Shown here one piece after another: positions 1-10,259 of a DNA stretch of 64,000 nt (positions are counted from its first letter, which is position 1; every line of letters starts with the position of its first letter). The stretch spans positions 4,768,817 through 4,832,816 of the forward strand of contig OY969770.1 of the NCBI GenBank assembly GCA_963702915.1, read 5' to 3'. The position numbers and the translations under genes are program-made. Below the pieces are notes generated by a model, which had not been told where the DNA came from, did no database searches, and was given only the letters and a program-made list of their open reading frames with translations. This DNA comes from Candidatus Acidiferrales bacterium. Lineage in GTDB: Bacteria; Acidobacteriota; Terriglobia; Acidiferrales; UBA7541.

Positions 1-842
1 TCGATGATGGGATTGATTTCGACGATTTCCATGGAGACCATGGCTTCGCTGTCCGCAATCATTTCCATTGCGAGGTGGGCTTCGCGATAGGTGACGCCGC
101 CGCGAACGGGAGTGCCGACACCGGGAGCGTCGCTGGGGTCGAGGAAATCCATGTCCAGGCTGACGGTGACGCCTTCGGTATCGTCCATGGCGAATTTGAG
201 GGCGTCGGCCATAACCTCGCGCATGCCGCGTTCGTCAATATCGCGCATGGTGAAGGTTCTGACCCCCAGTTTTTTGATGAACTTTTTTTCGTGGGAATCC
301 AAATCGCGCACGCCGACTAAAACTACATTTTGCGGCTCGATCTTCGGCTTGTAGCCGAAGAGGTCGTGAAGTTCGGGAACGCCGTAACCGAGGATGCCGG
401 CCAGGGGCATGCCATGGACGTTGCCGGAGGGCGAACTTTCCGGGGTGTTCATGTCGCTATGGGCATCCAGCCAGATACAGCCAATCTGCTTTTTCTCTTT
501 GCGGAAATGGTTGGCAACTCCGCTGGTGGAACCCGCGGCGATGGAATGGTCTCCGCCGAGGATGAGGGGCATGAAGCCTTCTTCGAGGGATTTTTGGACG
601 GCGAGGCCCAGCTCCTTGCAAGTGTCGGCGATTTCATCCACATACCTGGCGCGTTTCTCGCCGATGGGCATTTCTTCGGCTTGTTTCACGGCGAGGTTGC
701 CGATGTCTTCGACTTGATGGCCGAGCTGCTTGATGCGGGATTGCAGGCCGGCAACGCGCAGGGCGGAGGGGCCCATATCCACGCCGCGGCGGCTGGCGCC
801 GAGGTCCATGGGTACGCCGATGATGCGGATTTTTTGAGGCAT
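1..842 (-). CDS. rocF: Arginase (3' end runs off the window)
   Basis: Not in the ORF track because no stop lies in the window. Manual minus-strand translation from ATG at 842: MPQKIRIIGVPMDLGASRRGVDMGPSAL...LGGDHSIA...WLDAHSDMNTPESSPSGNVHGMPLA...SLDMDFLDPSDAPGVGTPVRGG, carrying the ureohydrolase Mn-binding motifs. Confidence 0.93.
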   Translation of the reverse strand, partial: MPQKIRIIGVPMDLGASRRGVDMGPSALRVAGLQSRIKQLGHQVEDIGNLAVKQAEEMPIGEKRARYVDEIADTCKELGLAVQKSLEEGFMPLILGGDHSIAAGSTSGVANHFRKEKKQIGCIWLDAHSDMNTPESSPSGNVHGMPLAGILGYGVPELHDLFGYKPKIEPQNVVLVGVRDLDSHEKKFIKKLGVRTFTMRDIDERGMREVMADALKFAMDDTEGVTVSLDMDFLDPSDAPGVGTPVRGGVTYREAHLAMEMIADSEAMVSMEIVEINPII

Positions 843-1023
843 AAAAGTTCTCAATTCGCCGAAAGTGGCGAGTGACGAGTGGCCCTTCGCGGAAAGCACT
901 CAGGGTAAACGAGAGGCAAAAGCAAAGCGACTCTCGACGAGGGCCAGAGCACCCGGACGCTCAGCAGGGATTTGAACCGCACGCGATGCAAGGGAGTACG
1001 GGAAATGCCGAATCTACCCGGTA

Positions 1024-2325
1024 TTAAGGATATACCCGGTAAATCATCCGGGGGAAGGGGATGACTTCGCGGATGTGCTCGGTGCCGGTGATCCAGGCGA
1101 CGGTGCGCTCGAGGCCGAGGCCAAAACCGGCGTGAGGGACGCTGCCAAAGCGGCGGAGGTCGAGGTACCACTGGAAGGATTCAATAGGTAAGTTGTTTTC
1201 TTTCAGGCGTTTAACTAGAAGGTCGTAGTCGTGGATGCGCTGGCTGCCGCCGATGATTTCGCCGTAGCCTTCGGGGGCGAGCATGTCGAAGGAGAGCGCC
1301 AGGTCGGAGCGCTGGGCGTCGGGCTGCATGTAGAAGGCCTTTATGGCTGCGGGGTAGTGATGGACCATGACGGGACGGCCGAACTCGTTGGAGATGATGG
1401 TTTCTTCGTCGCCGCCGAAGTCGTCGCCAAACTTGGCGGGGTTGCCGTGCTTTTGGAGGACGGCAACGGCTTCTTCGTAGGTGATACGGGGGAAAGGCGG
1501 CTTGATGTTTTCGAGTTTCTTGATGTCGCGCTTGAGAGTCTCGAGTTCGCGGGACTTGTTTTTGACGACACCTTGCACGATGGCGCTGACGAGACCTTCG
1601 CCGAGGTCCATCATGTCGTTGAGTTCGGCGTAGGCGGCTTCGGGCTCGAGCATCCAGAATTCGGTGAGGTGGCGGCGAGTTTTGGATTTTTCGGCGCGGA
1701 AAGTGGGGCCGAAGGTGTAGACCTTGCCGAGGGCCATGGCGGTGGCCTCGATGTAGAGCTGGCCGCTTTGCGTGAGATAGGCTTTCTGGTCGTCGATGTA
1801 GTTCACTTCAAAGAGAGTGCTGGTGCCTTCGCAAGCGGCGGGGGTGAACATAGGGGCGTCGGTGAGGGTGTAGCCCTGGGAGTCCATGAATTCACGGGCG
1901 GAGCGGACGGCTTCGGCGCGGATGCGCAGGATAGCGGCCTGGCGCGGGGTGCGGATCCAGAGGTGGCGCTGGTCGAGAAGGAAATCCACACCATGCTCTT
2001 TGAGTTGGATGGGGAAGGGCGTGGACTCCGGAACTTTCTGGACGATTTGGATTTTGCTGACGCCGATTTCGTAGCCGCCGGGGGCGCGCTGCTCGGCGCG
2101 GATTTTGCCGGTGACGATGACGCTGGATTCCTGGGTGAGACCTTTGAGGGCCTCGAAGGCTTCGGGATTTTCTTTCAGGGAGCAAACGCCCTGAATGATG
2201 CCGGTACCGTCACGAAAGATGGGGAAGAGGAGTTTGCCGGATTCGCGGAGGTTGTAGAGCCAGCCGCGGATGGTGACTTCCTGGCCGTCATATTGGCCTG
2301 CGTGCTCGATGGTGATGATGGTCAT
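1024..2325 (-). CDS. asnS: Asparagine--tRNA ligase
   Basis: N-terminal OB fold; class IIb motifs [16 protein letters not shown] and [20 protein letters not shown]; YLTQSGQLY. Confidence 0.95.
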   Translation of the reverse strand: MTIITIEHAGQYDGQEVTIRGWLYNLRESGKLLFPIFRDGTGIIQGVCSLKENPEAFEALKGLTQESSVIVTGKIRAEQRAPGGYEIGVSKIQIVQKVPESTPFPIQLKEHGVDFLLDQRHLWIRTPRQAAILRIRAEAVRSAREFMDSQGYTLTDAPMFTPAACEGTSTLFEVNYIDDQKAYLTQSGQLYIEATAMALGKVYTFGPTFRAEKSKTRRHLTEFWMLEPEAAYAELNDMMDLGEGLVSAIVQGVVKNKSRELETLKRDIKKLENIKPPFPRITYEEAVAVLQKHGNPAKFGDDFGGDEETIISNEFGRPVMVHHYPAAIKAFYMQPDAQRSDLALSFDMLAPEGYGEIIGGSQRIHDYDLLVKRLKENNLPIESFQWYLDLRRFGSVPHAGFGLGLERTVAWITGTEHIREVIPFPRMIYRVYP

Positions 2326-2435
2326 GGTGAGGTTCTCTGTTGTGAGTTCAAACGAACAGTTTAGCAGAGAAGAGGCAGGTTCTCAGGTTTGGGAAACGGT
2401 GAAGAAGCATGGGGCGCGATTGGGCGGTACGGGAT

Positions 2436-2678
2436 TCAATCGCCGAGGACTTCCCATTCGTCCTCATCATTGGCAGGGGAGATTATGTCGCCGATGATCT
2501 TGCAGGAACCCTTCATTGAGCCGAATAACTTGGCGCGGTCTACCGAGGGGCTCGGAGGAACAATTTCTGCGATGGGCTTGCCATAGCGAGTGATGCGAAT
2601 GGGCCGGCGAGTGCGGCGCACGCGTTCAAGCAGAGCGCAGCACTTGGCCCTGAATTCGGAGATAGTGACTTCGATCAT
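2436..2678 (-). CDS. Phd/YefM-family (prevent-host-death) antitoxin, no adjacent toxin
   Basis: 80 aa with VTISEFRAKCCALLERV...PIRITRYGKPIAEIVP pattern and an acidic tail. Confidence 0.85.
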   Translation of the reverse strand: MIEVTISEFRAKCCALLERVRRTRRPIRITRYGKPIAEIVPPSPSVDRAKLFGSMKGSCKIIGDIISPANDEDEWEVLGD

Positions 2679-2759
2679 CAGCGCAGCCTCAAACCGTAGG
2701 ATTGACTATGTCAGAAAGAAGGTCAATCGGGGATTTTGTCGGAGCAGGCGTCCGGTCTA

Positions 2760-3275
2760 CTATTCGCAGCCCTCGATGTACTGGATGGCGTCAAAGCGGC
2801 CAGCATAGTACATCGTGATCTTCTTGCCGTCGGTTTCAAAGCGAATGCCGAAGTGACCGTCGAGCGACCTGGCGGTCAAATAGTGGCCACCCTCGTCCCC
2901 AGTGTAGGCATGTGGCTTGATCTTCAGCCTGCTGCCGTACACCTGCAATGCGTGTTTCTCCAGATCACCGACCTGAATTCCCATAGTCGTCCGCACCCCG
3001 GGTTCGCTCACCTCAATGCGTCCAAGCCGCCCATCCAGCATCATGAATGTCAGCTTGGGCTGCTTCTTCGGGCTTTCGTAGAAGCACGCTCTTTCATCTT
3101 TTTCGGTTGGCATGACGAATTTTTCGTGGAGAAGCGCGTTCAGCTGGGAAAGACTCATGCCTATTTTGACTGGGCCCGCCCCATCTTCGCGAATCACCCA
3201 AGAGTCATCGGCGAAGGCAACGACGACCGTCACTAAGGCCAGGGCAGTGAGGAATGTCAGGCGGCGTGTGTTCAT
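2760..3275 (-). CDS. Secreted hypothetical protein
   Basis: Signal-peptide-like N-terminus (MNTRRLTFLTALALVTVVVAFA); globular composition; no family recognised. Confidence 0.75.
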   Translation of the reverse strand: MNTRRLTFLTALALVTVVVAFADDSWVIREDGAGPVKIGMSLSQLNALLHEKFVMPTEKDERACFYESPKKQPKLTFMMLDGRLGRIEVSEPGVRTTMGIQVGDLEKHALQVYGSRLKIKPHAYTGDEGGHYLTARSLDGHFGIRFETDGKKITMYYAGRFDAIQYIEGCE

Positions 3276-3548
3276 GGAAGAAATTGTACGCCGTAATTAA
3301 GCGGGGCGAATCGGCATTCGCAACGATGGCAATCTACTAGGCACTCCCGCCCCGCCCAAATTGCATATAATTGCATCGATTTAACATTGAGTATCTGCGA
3401 GGTCGAGAGCGGGGGAGAGGAAAATCTTGCAGACGCGAGGGCGAGTTTGGAATAGAGTATGGGTTGTCAGGCCTGAGATGAATCAACACAAAATTCGGAG
3501 AGCAGCCAAGAACTTGGAGTGGGTGTGTGCTGCGGTCAGGGAGGGCCA

Positions 3549-5096
3549 GTGGAGAATCGGGAAAAGTCTGAGGTAGAAGGCGGAGTATCGCGGCGCAAAT
3601 TCATCGGACAAACGGCGGCAGCGGCGCTGGGATTTACGATTGTGCCGCGGCGGGTGTTGGGAGGCGTGGGGTATGTTCCGCCGAGCGACAAAGTGAACAT
3701 TGCGTTTATCGGCGTGGGGGCGCAGGGTTTGCGCGTGATGCTACATTTTTTGAAGGAGCCCGACGTGCAGGGCGTGGCGGTATGCGATTGCAATAAATCC
3801 GGGGCGAACTATCCGCAATGGGGCACACACGAGTTTCGCGATTCCGTGCGGAAGCTGCTGGGCGTAGACAGCGGATGGGATTGGCTGAGCCCGGACGAGC
3901 CGCTGGAGTTGACGCATGCATTGCACGTGACGAGCGGAGTGGCGGGGCGCGAACCTTGCCAGAAGATTGTGGACGGGTACAACGGGACACAAAAGCGCTC
4001 TGGCGAATCTCGCGGCTGCGCGGCTTACAGCGATTTCCGGGTATTGCTGGAGAAGCAGAAAGACCTGGACGCCGTGGTGGTGTGCACGTCGGACAATTTG
4101 CACGCGGCGATATCCGCCGCGGCGATGAAGAAGCACAAGCATGTGTTTTGCCAGAAGCCTTTGACGCACACGATCTATGAGGCACGGCGAATTGCCGAGA
4201 TCGCGCGGGAGACAGGCGTGGCAACGCAGATTGCCGTGGGAAACCAGGCTTCGGAAGCTACGCGGTTGCTTTGCGAATGGATTTGGAGTGGCGCGATTGG
4301 TCCGGTGCGGGAGGTGAAGAACTGGTCGAGCCGTCCTTACTGGGCGCAAGGAGTGGACCGGCCGAAGGAAGTGGAAGCGGTGCCAGAAGGATTGGATTGG
4401 AACCTGTGGCTGGGGCCGGCGCCGGAGCGCCCATACAATCACGTTTACCTGCCGTTTGCATGGCGTGGGTGGGTGGACTTCGGATGCGGCGCGCTGGGCG
4501 ATATGGGCTGCTACAGCTATGACACGATCTTCCGCGTGTTGAAACTGGAAGCGCCGGTAAGCGTGGAGGCAAGTTCCACCGAACGCTACCCGGAGACTTA
4601 TCCGCAGGCTTCGATCATACGCTACAACTTTGCGGCGCGCGGAGAGATGCCGCCGGTGAAATTCACGTGGTATGACGGCGGTTTGAAACCGGAGCGGCCG
4701 GAGGAACTGGAAGAAGGACGTCCGTTGAAGGGAGACGGTGAAGAGGATGAAGGGCTGCTGTTCGTGGGAGACCGCGGGAAGATTCTTTGCTCGTTCAATG
4801 GTGAGAATCCGAAGCTGATTCCGCAGGCGAAGATGGATAGCTTTCAACAGCCGCCGAAGACTTTGCCGAGGTCACCCGGCAACGAGAGGGAATGGCTGGA
4901 CGCCTGCAAAGGCGGGAAGGACAAGCCGGGCGGGAACTTCGAGTTTTCGGGGAAGGTTACGGAAACATTGCTGCTGGGGAATGTGGCCTCGCAGATGGGA
5001 GAGAAACTCAGTTGGGATCGAGGCAATTTGAAGGTTAGCTCCGAGGCTGGGCAGAAGTTGGTGCGTCCGGAGCGGCGAAGCGGGTGGGAGCTGTAG
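3549..5096 (+). CDS. Gfo/Idh/MocA-family oxidoreductase with twin-arginine signal
   Basis: SRRKFI Tat motif; Rossmann IAFIGVGAQG; HVFCQKPL; GALGDMGCY. Start moved to GTG 3549 (ORF track 3519). Confidence 0.9.
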   Translation: MENREKSEVEGGVSRRKFIGQTAAAALGFTIVPRRVLGGVGYVPPSDKVNIAFIGVGAQGLRVMLHFLKEPDVQGVAVCDCNKSGANYPQWGTHEFRDSVRKLLGVDSGWDWLSPDEPLELTHALHVTSGVAGREPCQKIVDGYNGTQKRSGESRGCAAYSDFRVLLEKQKDLDAVVVCTSDNLHAAISAAAMKKHKHVFCQKPLTHTIYEARRIAEIARETGVATQIAVGNQASEATRLLCEWIWSGAIGPVREVKNWSSRPYWAQGVDRPKEVEAVPEGLDWNLWLGPAPERPYNHVYLPFAWRGWVDFGCGALGDMGCYSYDTIFRVLKLEAPVSVEASSTERYPETYPQASIIRYNFAARGEMPPVKFTWYDGGLKPERPEELEEGRPLKGDGEEDEGLLFVGDRGKILCSFNGENPKLIPQAKMDSFQQPPKTLPRSPGNEREWLDACKGGKDKPGGNFEFSGKVTETLLLGNVASQMGEKLSWDRGNLKVSSEAGQKLVRPERRSGWEL

Positions 5097-5105
5097 TCTC
5101 GCAGA

Positions 5106-5165
5106 CCTCAGGGGTTAAAACCCCTGGGTGGCAAGGGCTCTTCGGCACGGCTGAAGCCGTGCCCT
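5106..5165. repeat. Double-hairpin REP-like element, family A
   Basis: caggggt-TAAA-acccctg plus ggcacggc-TGAA-gccgtgcc; other copies at 15060, 25701 and 37593. Confidence 0.88.
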
Positions 5166-5294
5166 GACGGGACCTTTATAGGAAACGGTCCGAAACAGTT
5201 TTGGCAGGACGGCAGGAGCAGGGAACAGAACAATTTTGTGAATGCCCACTTGAGCGGAGAGGGATTTGTTAGCGAAAGGGGCAAGGAGGCTTCG

Positions 5295-6158
5295 ATGAGT
5301 GAGATTTCAAGAAGAGAGTTTTGCAGAACGGCAGCGACACAGGCGGCCGTGGTGGGCTTGCTGGGCGCAGGCGCGCTGAAGTTGCGTGCGAATCCGCTGG
5401 GCTTGCCAATTGGGTGCCAGACTTGGCCTGTCCGGGACATGATCGCGAAGGATTTTCCGGGGACCATCAAGGTGCTGGCCGCGGCTGGATTTCAAACCGT
5501 TGAGCTTTGTTCGCCGGTGGGTTACGCCGATTCGGGGTTTGCGGGTCTCGCGAAATACAAGGGCACGGAGCTTAGGAAGATTTTGAGCGATGCGGGTGTG
5601 AGCTGCATCAGTTCGCATTTCGGCATCGAGGAACTCCGGAAGGACATGGCGGGGCGGATTGCCTGGGCAAAAGATGCAGGCTTGACGCAAATGCTGGTGC
5701 CAAGCTTGGACGCGCCGTTGAAGCCGACGATGGACGATGTGAAGAAAGCGGCGGAAGAATACAACAAGATGGGGGAACAGTCGGCGAAAGCGGGAATCCA
5801 GCAGGGATTGCACAACGAGGGATTTGAGTTGTCGAAGGTGGACGGGAAGCGGACGTATGACGTGTTGTTCGGGCTGCTTGATCCGAAGCTGGTGAAGTTC
5901 CAGTTCCAGGTTTCCACTATCAGCGAGGGCTACGACGCCGCGGAATACTTCACGAAATACCCGGGGCGCTTCATTTCGATGCACGTGCAGGGGTGGAACG
6001 CGGCGACGAAGAAGATCATGGCGGTGGGACAGGATACTTTGGATTGGAAGAAGATTTTTGCGGCGGCGAAAATTGGCGGGATTAAGAACTACTTCGTGGA
6101 AATGGACCTGGAAAAGATGAAAGCCAGCGTGCCGTATTTGCGGGGACTGACGGTTTGA
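5295..6158 (+). CDS. Sugar-phosphate isomerase/epimerase-like TIM barrel (AP endonuclease 2 family), Tat signal
   Basis: SRREFC Tat motif; GLHNE and SMHVQG..YFVE metal-site pattern; AGGAGG RBS before ATG 5295. Confidence 0.85.
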   Translation: MSEISRREFCRTAATQAAVVGLLGAGALKLRANPLGLPIGCQTWPVRDMIAKDFPGTIKVLAAAGFQTVELCSPVGYADSGFAGLAKYKGTELRKILSDAGVSCISSHFGIEELRKDMAGRIAWAKDAGLTQMLVPSLDAPLKPTMDDVKKAAEEYNKMGEQSAKAGIQQGLHNEGFELSKVDGKRTYDVLFGLLDPKLVKFQFQVSTISEGYDAAEYFTKYPGRFISMHVQGWNAATKKIMAVGQDTLDWKKIFAAAKIGGIKNYFVEMDLEKMKASVPYLRGLTV

Positions 6159-6362
6159 GGAAGCTGCTTCTATTGAAATGATTATGGATCGGAGATTGTA
6201 AAAAGGTTGGAGCGACCGAACGACGGGTCAGTGTTCGGGAAGCTCAGAGTGAGGACGCTTTCCTGCAATTGAGGGCATTTGCCAGAGCATGTGGTCCCTG
6301 CTTGTCCGGTAAGGGCTATCGGATTATGCAGTCGCAGGTACTTCTCCAGGGGGTTCTGAGGC

Positions 6363-6368
6363 TATAAT
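6363..6368 (+). promoter_or_regulatory. -10 box (TATAAT) 10 nt before the kinase ATG; near-leaderless start
   Basis: gcTATAATccgtgcacttATG; no Shine-Dalgarno sequence. Confidence 0.55.
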
Positions 6369-6378
6369 CCGTGCACTT

Positions 6379-9027
6379 ATGACCTTCGCCTCCGGCTCAA
6401 GGCTCGGACCGTATGAGATTGTTGGACCGCTTGGCGCAGGCGGGATGGGAGAAGTGTATCGCGCGAAGGATACACGGCTGGGACGCGAAGTAGCGATCAA
6501 GGTGCTGCCGAAGGAGATGTCGGCGGATGCAGGACAGAAGCAACGGTTTGAGCGCGAAGCGAAGACAATTTCCGGATTGAATCACCCGAACATATGTGTC
6601 TTGCATGATGTGGGCAGTCAGGAGGGTGTGGACTACCTGGTCATGGAACTGGTGGATGGAGAGCCGTTGTCGAAACGGCTGGAAAAAGGCCCGCTGCCAC
6701 TGGAGCAGGTTCTGAAATATGGCTCCCAGATTGCGGATGCGCTGGATAAGGCGCATCGAGCGGGGATCGTGCACCGAGATCTGAAACCAGGAAACATCAT
6801 GCTGACGGCGAGCGGGGCCAAGTTGCTGGATTTCGGGTTGGCCAAGCCCGCAGCGAGAAGCGCGAGTTTAGTGACGTTGACCGCAATGTCGCCCGCGAGT
6901 TCTCCGGTGACCGAAGCAGGGATGGTGGTGGGAACATTCCAATATATGTCGCCTGAGCAGGTGGAAGGAAAAGAGGTGGACGTCCGGAGCGACATATTCT
7001 CGTTGGGCGCGGTGCTGTACGAAATGGTGACGGGGAAGCGCGCATTCGAAGGCAAGAACCAGTTGAGCGTGGCGAGCGCGATCATGGAAAGGCAGCCGGA
7101 GCCAATCAGCGCGATCAAACCACTCTGGCCACGCGGGGTGGACCATGTCATCCGGAAATGCCTGGCAAAAGAGCCGGCCAGGCGCTGGCAGAGCGCCGGC
7201 GATGTTTCAAGCGAGTTGCAATGGGCGGGAGAAAGCGGAGTAGGGGAAAGCGGGACCGCCGTTGTGGGAGTGAAGGTGAGGCAAATAAGCTGGTTGCCTT
7301 GGGTGCTGAACGGTTTGCTGGCGGTAGGGCTGCTGGTGGCGGTGTTTGGAATGCGCACTTCGCGGCCGGCGGAACAGGCGGAGTATTTTTCCGCGCCGTT
7401 CAACTTTCCGGTGAACAGCATGGCCATTGCGCCAAACGGGCATACGGTGGCGATCGCGGCGGAAGGCGAATCGGGAAAGAAGAGCGAATTGTGGCTCTAT
7501 GAAGTAGGTTCGCGAGAGGTGAGGAGCCTGCCGGACACGGAGGGAGCGAGTTTCCCGTTCTGGTCGTCGGATGGAAAATCGATTGGTTTCTTTGCGAGCG
7601 GAAAACTGAAGAAGCTGGAGCTGGGAGGCGGACCGGTTCAGACGCTATGCGATGCGCCGTCGGGGCGAGGAGGAACCTGGAATCGGGAGGGGGTGATCCT
7701 GTTCACGCCGAGCGGGCGGCTGGGAGAGGTGGTGAATCGAATCTCTGCGGGAGGCGGAACGTTGACACCGGTGACGACGCTGGATCTGGCGAGGAAGGAA
7801 ACGAGTCACCGCTGGCCGGAGTTTTTGCCAGACGGGAAACATTTCCTGTTTATGGCGTTTACCGTAGCGGGGCAAACGGGCACGGACGCCATATTTGTCG
7901 GATCGCTGGATTCCAAGGAGATCAAGAAGCTGACGGACGCGACGTCGAATGCGAGTTACGTCGCGCCGGGATACCTGGTATTTGCGCGAGACCGGACGCT
8001 GTTTGCCCAGAAATTCAATGTCGGAAAGCTGGAGATGGAAGGGGAACCAGTCCCAATCCTGCCGGGTGTGCGCTATGTGCCGCGAATTGCGCACTCGGTC
8101 TTCGCGGTAAACAGTGGAAGCGTGCTGCTGTCGCAGGGAGGAAACTCTGTGGCGCTTTCGCGGCTGGTCTGGTTTGACCGGAGCGGGAAGGAAATCGGGG
8201 CGGTCGGAAATGCGGAGGAGTTCGCGAATGTGGCGCTCTCGCCGGACGGAAAATCGGTGGCGGTGGATAAGACGGACCAGGTGAATCAAAACACGGACAT
8301 TTGGGTGTACGACGTTCAGGGAACGAGAGTCAAGAGATTGACGTTCGATCCGGCGATTGACGCCATGCCCATGTGGAGTCCGGATGGAACCAAGTTGGCG
8401 TTTACTTCCAGCCGCGGGCAGCTTTTCGACATCTATATCAAGCCGGCGGACGGGTCGCAGGATGAAAAACCGGTGGAGGCGACGGCCAATGTGGATAAGT
8501 ATCCGCATGATTGGTCGAAGGACGGGAAATATTTTCTGTATTTGCGCGGCACGGAACTTTGGACGCTCAGTTATCCGGAACTGAAAAGTCAACCCTTCCT
8601 GAAGGGGAATTTTGCATATCGGAGCGGCCAATTCTCCCCGGACGGGAAATGGGTGGCGTACTCATCGAACGAGAGCGGGAAGTGGGAGGTGTACGTGACT
8701 TCCTTTCCTGAAGCAAATGGAAAGTGGCAGGTTTCGAACGGAGGCGGTCTGCAGCCGAGATGGCGCAAAGATGGAAAGGAGCTGTTTTACTTTTCGGCGG
8801 ACGGAAAACTGATGGCTGTGCCGATAAAGGCGGGGATAGGATTTGACGCAGGTGCGCCGTTGGTGCTGTTTCAGGCAGATGAAAAGGAGCCGGTAGCGAC
8901 GTCCGAACAGATCATGTATGACGTGAGCAAAGATGGGCAGAAATTCCTGATCAACACGCAAGTGAGAAACGGGGGGACTCAGCCGATGAGCGTGGTGATG
9001 AATTGGGATGCAGTGTTGAAGAAGTAG
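6379..9027 (+). CDS. Ser/Thr protein kinase with TM segment and C-terminal TolB/PD40-like beta-propeller
   Basis: GAGGMGEV, VAIK, HRDLKPGN, DFG and GTFQYMSPEQ are intact; repeated SPDG/WSxDG blades. Confidence 0.93.
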   Translation: MTFASGSRLGPYEIVGPLGAGGMGEVYRAKDTRLGREVAIKVLPKEMSADAGQKQRFEREAKTISGLNHPNICVLHDVGSQEGVDYLVMELVDGEPLSKRLEKGPLPLEQVLKYGSQIADALDKAHRAGIVHRDLKPGNIMLTASGAKLLDFGLAKPAARSASLVTLTAMSPASSPVTEAGMVVGTFQYMSPEQVEGKEVDVRSDIFSLGAVLYEMVTGKRAFEGKNQLSVASAIMERQPEPISAIKPLWPRGVDHVIRKCLAKEPARRWQSAGDVSSELQWAGESGVGESGTAVVGVKVRQISWLPWVLNGLLAVGLLVAVFGMRTSRPAEQAEYFSAPFNFPVNSMAIAPNGHTVAIAAEGESGKKSELWLYEVGSREVRSLPDTEGASFPFWSSDGKSIGFFASGKLKKLELGGGPVQTLCDAPSGRGGTWNREGVILFTPSGRLGEVVNRISAGGGTLTPVTTLDLARKETSHRWPEFLPDGKHFLFMAFTVAGQTGTDAIFVGSLDSKEIKKLTDATSNASYVAPGYLVFARDRTLFAQKFNVGKLEMEGEPVPILPGVRYVPRIAHSVFAVNSGSVLLSQGGNSVALSRLVWFDRSGKEIGAVGNAEEFANVALSPDGKSVAVDKTDQVNQNTDIWVYDVQGTRVKRLTFDPAIDAMPMWSPDGTKLAFTSSRGQLFDIYIKPADGSQDEKPVEATANVDKYPHDWSKDGKYFLYLRGTELWTLSYPELKSQPFLKGNFAYRSGQFSPDGKWVAYSSNESGKWEVYVTSFPEANGKWQVSNGGGLQPRWRKDGKELFYFSADGKLMAVPIKAGIGFDAGAPLVLFQADEKEPVATSEQIMYDVSKDGQKFLINTQVRNGGTQPMSVVMNWDAVLKK

Positions 9028-9213
9028 AACACGACCGACGGTTCAGAGCTGCCAACCGCAAACAGAGTCAAGAGTTCAAGCCGATCACAAAGTGAGATTC
9101 CTGGTGATGCCTCCGTCCGGGTCAGTGGGATGGGGTGATTTGTATGCGGGTAGGGCACTCGCATGGATGAATATGGATAGGCGAGTAGTTGTGACGATAT
9201 GATCCGGGGACTT

Positions 9214-9309
9214 ATGACACTGGCCGCTGGAACAAAACTGGGGCCGTATGAAAATGTGCGGCCGATCGGCGCGGGCGGGATTGGAGAATTGACTACATCT
9301 CTTCTTTGA
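9214..9309 (+). pseudogene. 31-codon stub of a second Ser/Thr kinase N-terminus
   Basis: MTLAAGTKLGPYENVRPIGAGGIGELTTSLL* resembles MTFASGSRLGPYEIVGPLGAGGMGEV of the upstream kinase. Confidence 0.75.
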
Positions 9310-9342
9310 GGAAGAGAGTTTGGTGGTGGGGTTTACGGCGTA

Positions 9343-9371
9343 AAAGCGGTGGCGAGCCGCCGCACTCCAAA
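9343..9371 (-). repeat. GGAG-type REP-like palindrome
   Basis: Minus strand reads tttGGAGtgcggcggctcgccaccgcttt. Confidence 0.65.
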
Positions 9372-9428
9372 CTATGCCACACATTAAAATGGAATAGGGC
9401 TGATCAGATTGAGAGTAGTGGAATGTTG

Positions 9429-10259
9429 TTAGGGGATACGAGCCGCGAGTTTTGTGGCGCGGGATACGGCTACTTGGGAATCGGGGAGGTTCGCGTAGCC
9501 TGCTACGTAGCGGCCTTTGCGGAAGATGCAGATGCTTTCCAGATACTGGGTTTTAGCCTGAAAGGCTTCGTCGGCGACCTTTGCGGGTGACGCGCCGGGA
9601 AAACGTGCCTGGACTTTTTTGAAGGTCTCCGCGGCTGATTCGGGCGAGGATTCCAGAACGATGAATGCCTGTCCTTGCGTGTACTTTGCCACGTAACCGC
9701 GCTTCAACTGCCGCAGACCCAGGACGCTTTCTGGAACCAATCGGACCGAGGTGAGGTTCTCCTTGGGAAACCAGTGCAACGCTTCCGGGGGAGTGCTGCG
9801 GCCTTCGAGCAGCGCTTCCATCTTTGCCGCAAAGGCGTGCAGGACTGACGTGTGATCGCCTTCGGGACTCGCGGCGATTTCCACGTAGAACTTGCCTTTC
9901 GCGAAACTGGCGCGGCGAGGCTGGACTTGCCCGCCCATGGCTATGTTGGCGATGGGTTGGTTGGGATCGCTGTTGGAAGCAAACATTCCGTAGGCCAGAT
10001 CGGAATCTTCCATTTCCGATACATCAATCACTAGCTTTTTGTCGCCAGAGGCGCAGGTGATGCCCTGCATGCGCACGAATCCATAGAGCAGATAGCTTTC
10101 TGCGTTGCCATCCATGTACTCGTAGAGATTGTCGGCGGTATATTCGCGCTTCGTTCCGGACTGTTCCCAGCCGGGAACCAAGTGGCAGTTGAGGTATTCC
10201 TGCGCGCCGGCTGCACTTGCAAAAAAAAGGACGAGCGGCAGGACGAGTTTGATTCTCAT
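9429..10259 (-). CDS. Secreted protein, DUF6599-like
   Basis: Signal peptide; NLYEYMDGNAESYLLYGF motif recalled from this family; start overlaps the AKR stop. Confidence 0.65.
   Translation of the reverse strand: MRIKLVLPLVLFFASAAGAQEYLNCHLVPGWEQSGTKREYTADNLYEYMDGNAESYLLYGFVRMQGITCASGDKKLVIDVSEMEDSDLAYGMFASNSDPNQPIANIAMGGQVQPRRASFAKGKFYVEIAASPEGDHTSVLHAFAAKMEALLEGRSTPPEALHWFPKENLTSVRLVPESVLGLRQLKRGYVAKYTQGQAFIVLESSPESAAETFKKVQARFPGASPAKVADEAFQAKTQYLESICIFRKGRYVAGYANLPDSQVAVSRATKLAARIP

Noticed and set aside
3355-3385. AT-rich imperfect palindrome TTGCATATAATTGCAT as an operator
   Set aside because: Single occurrence, no regulator nearby, and it is adequately explained as a -10 element.
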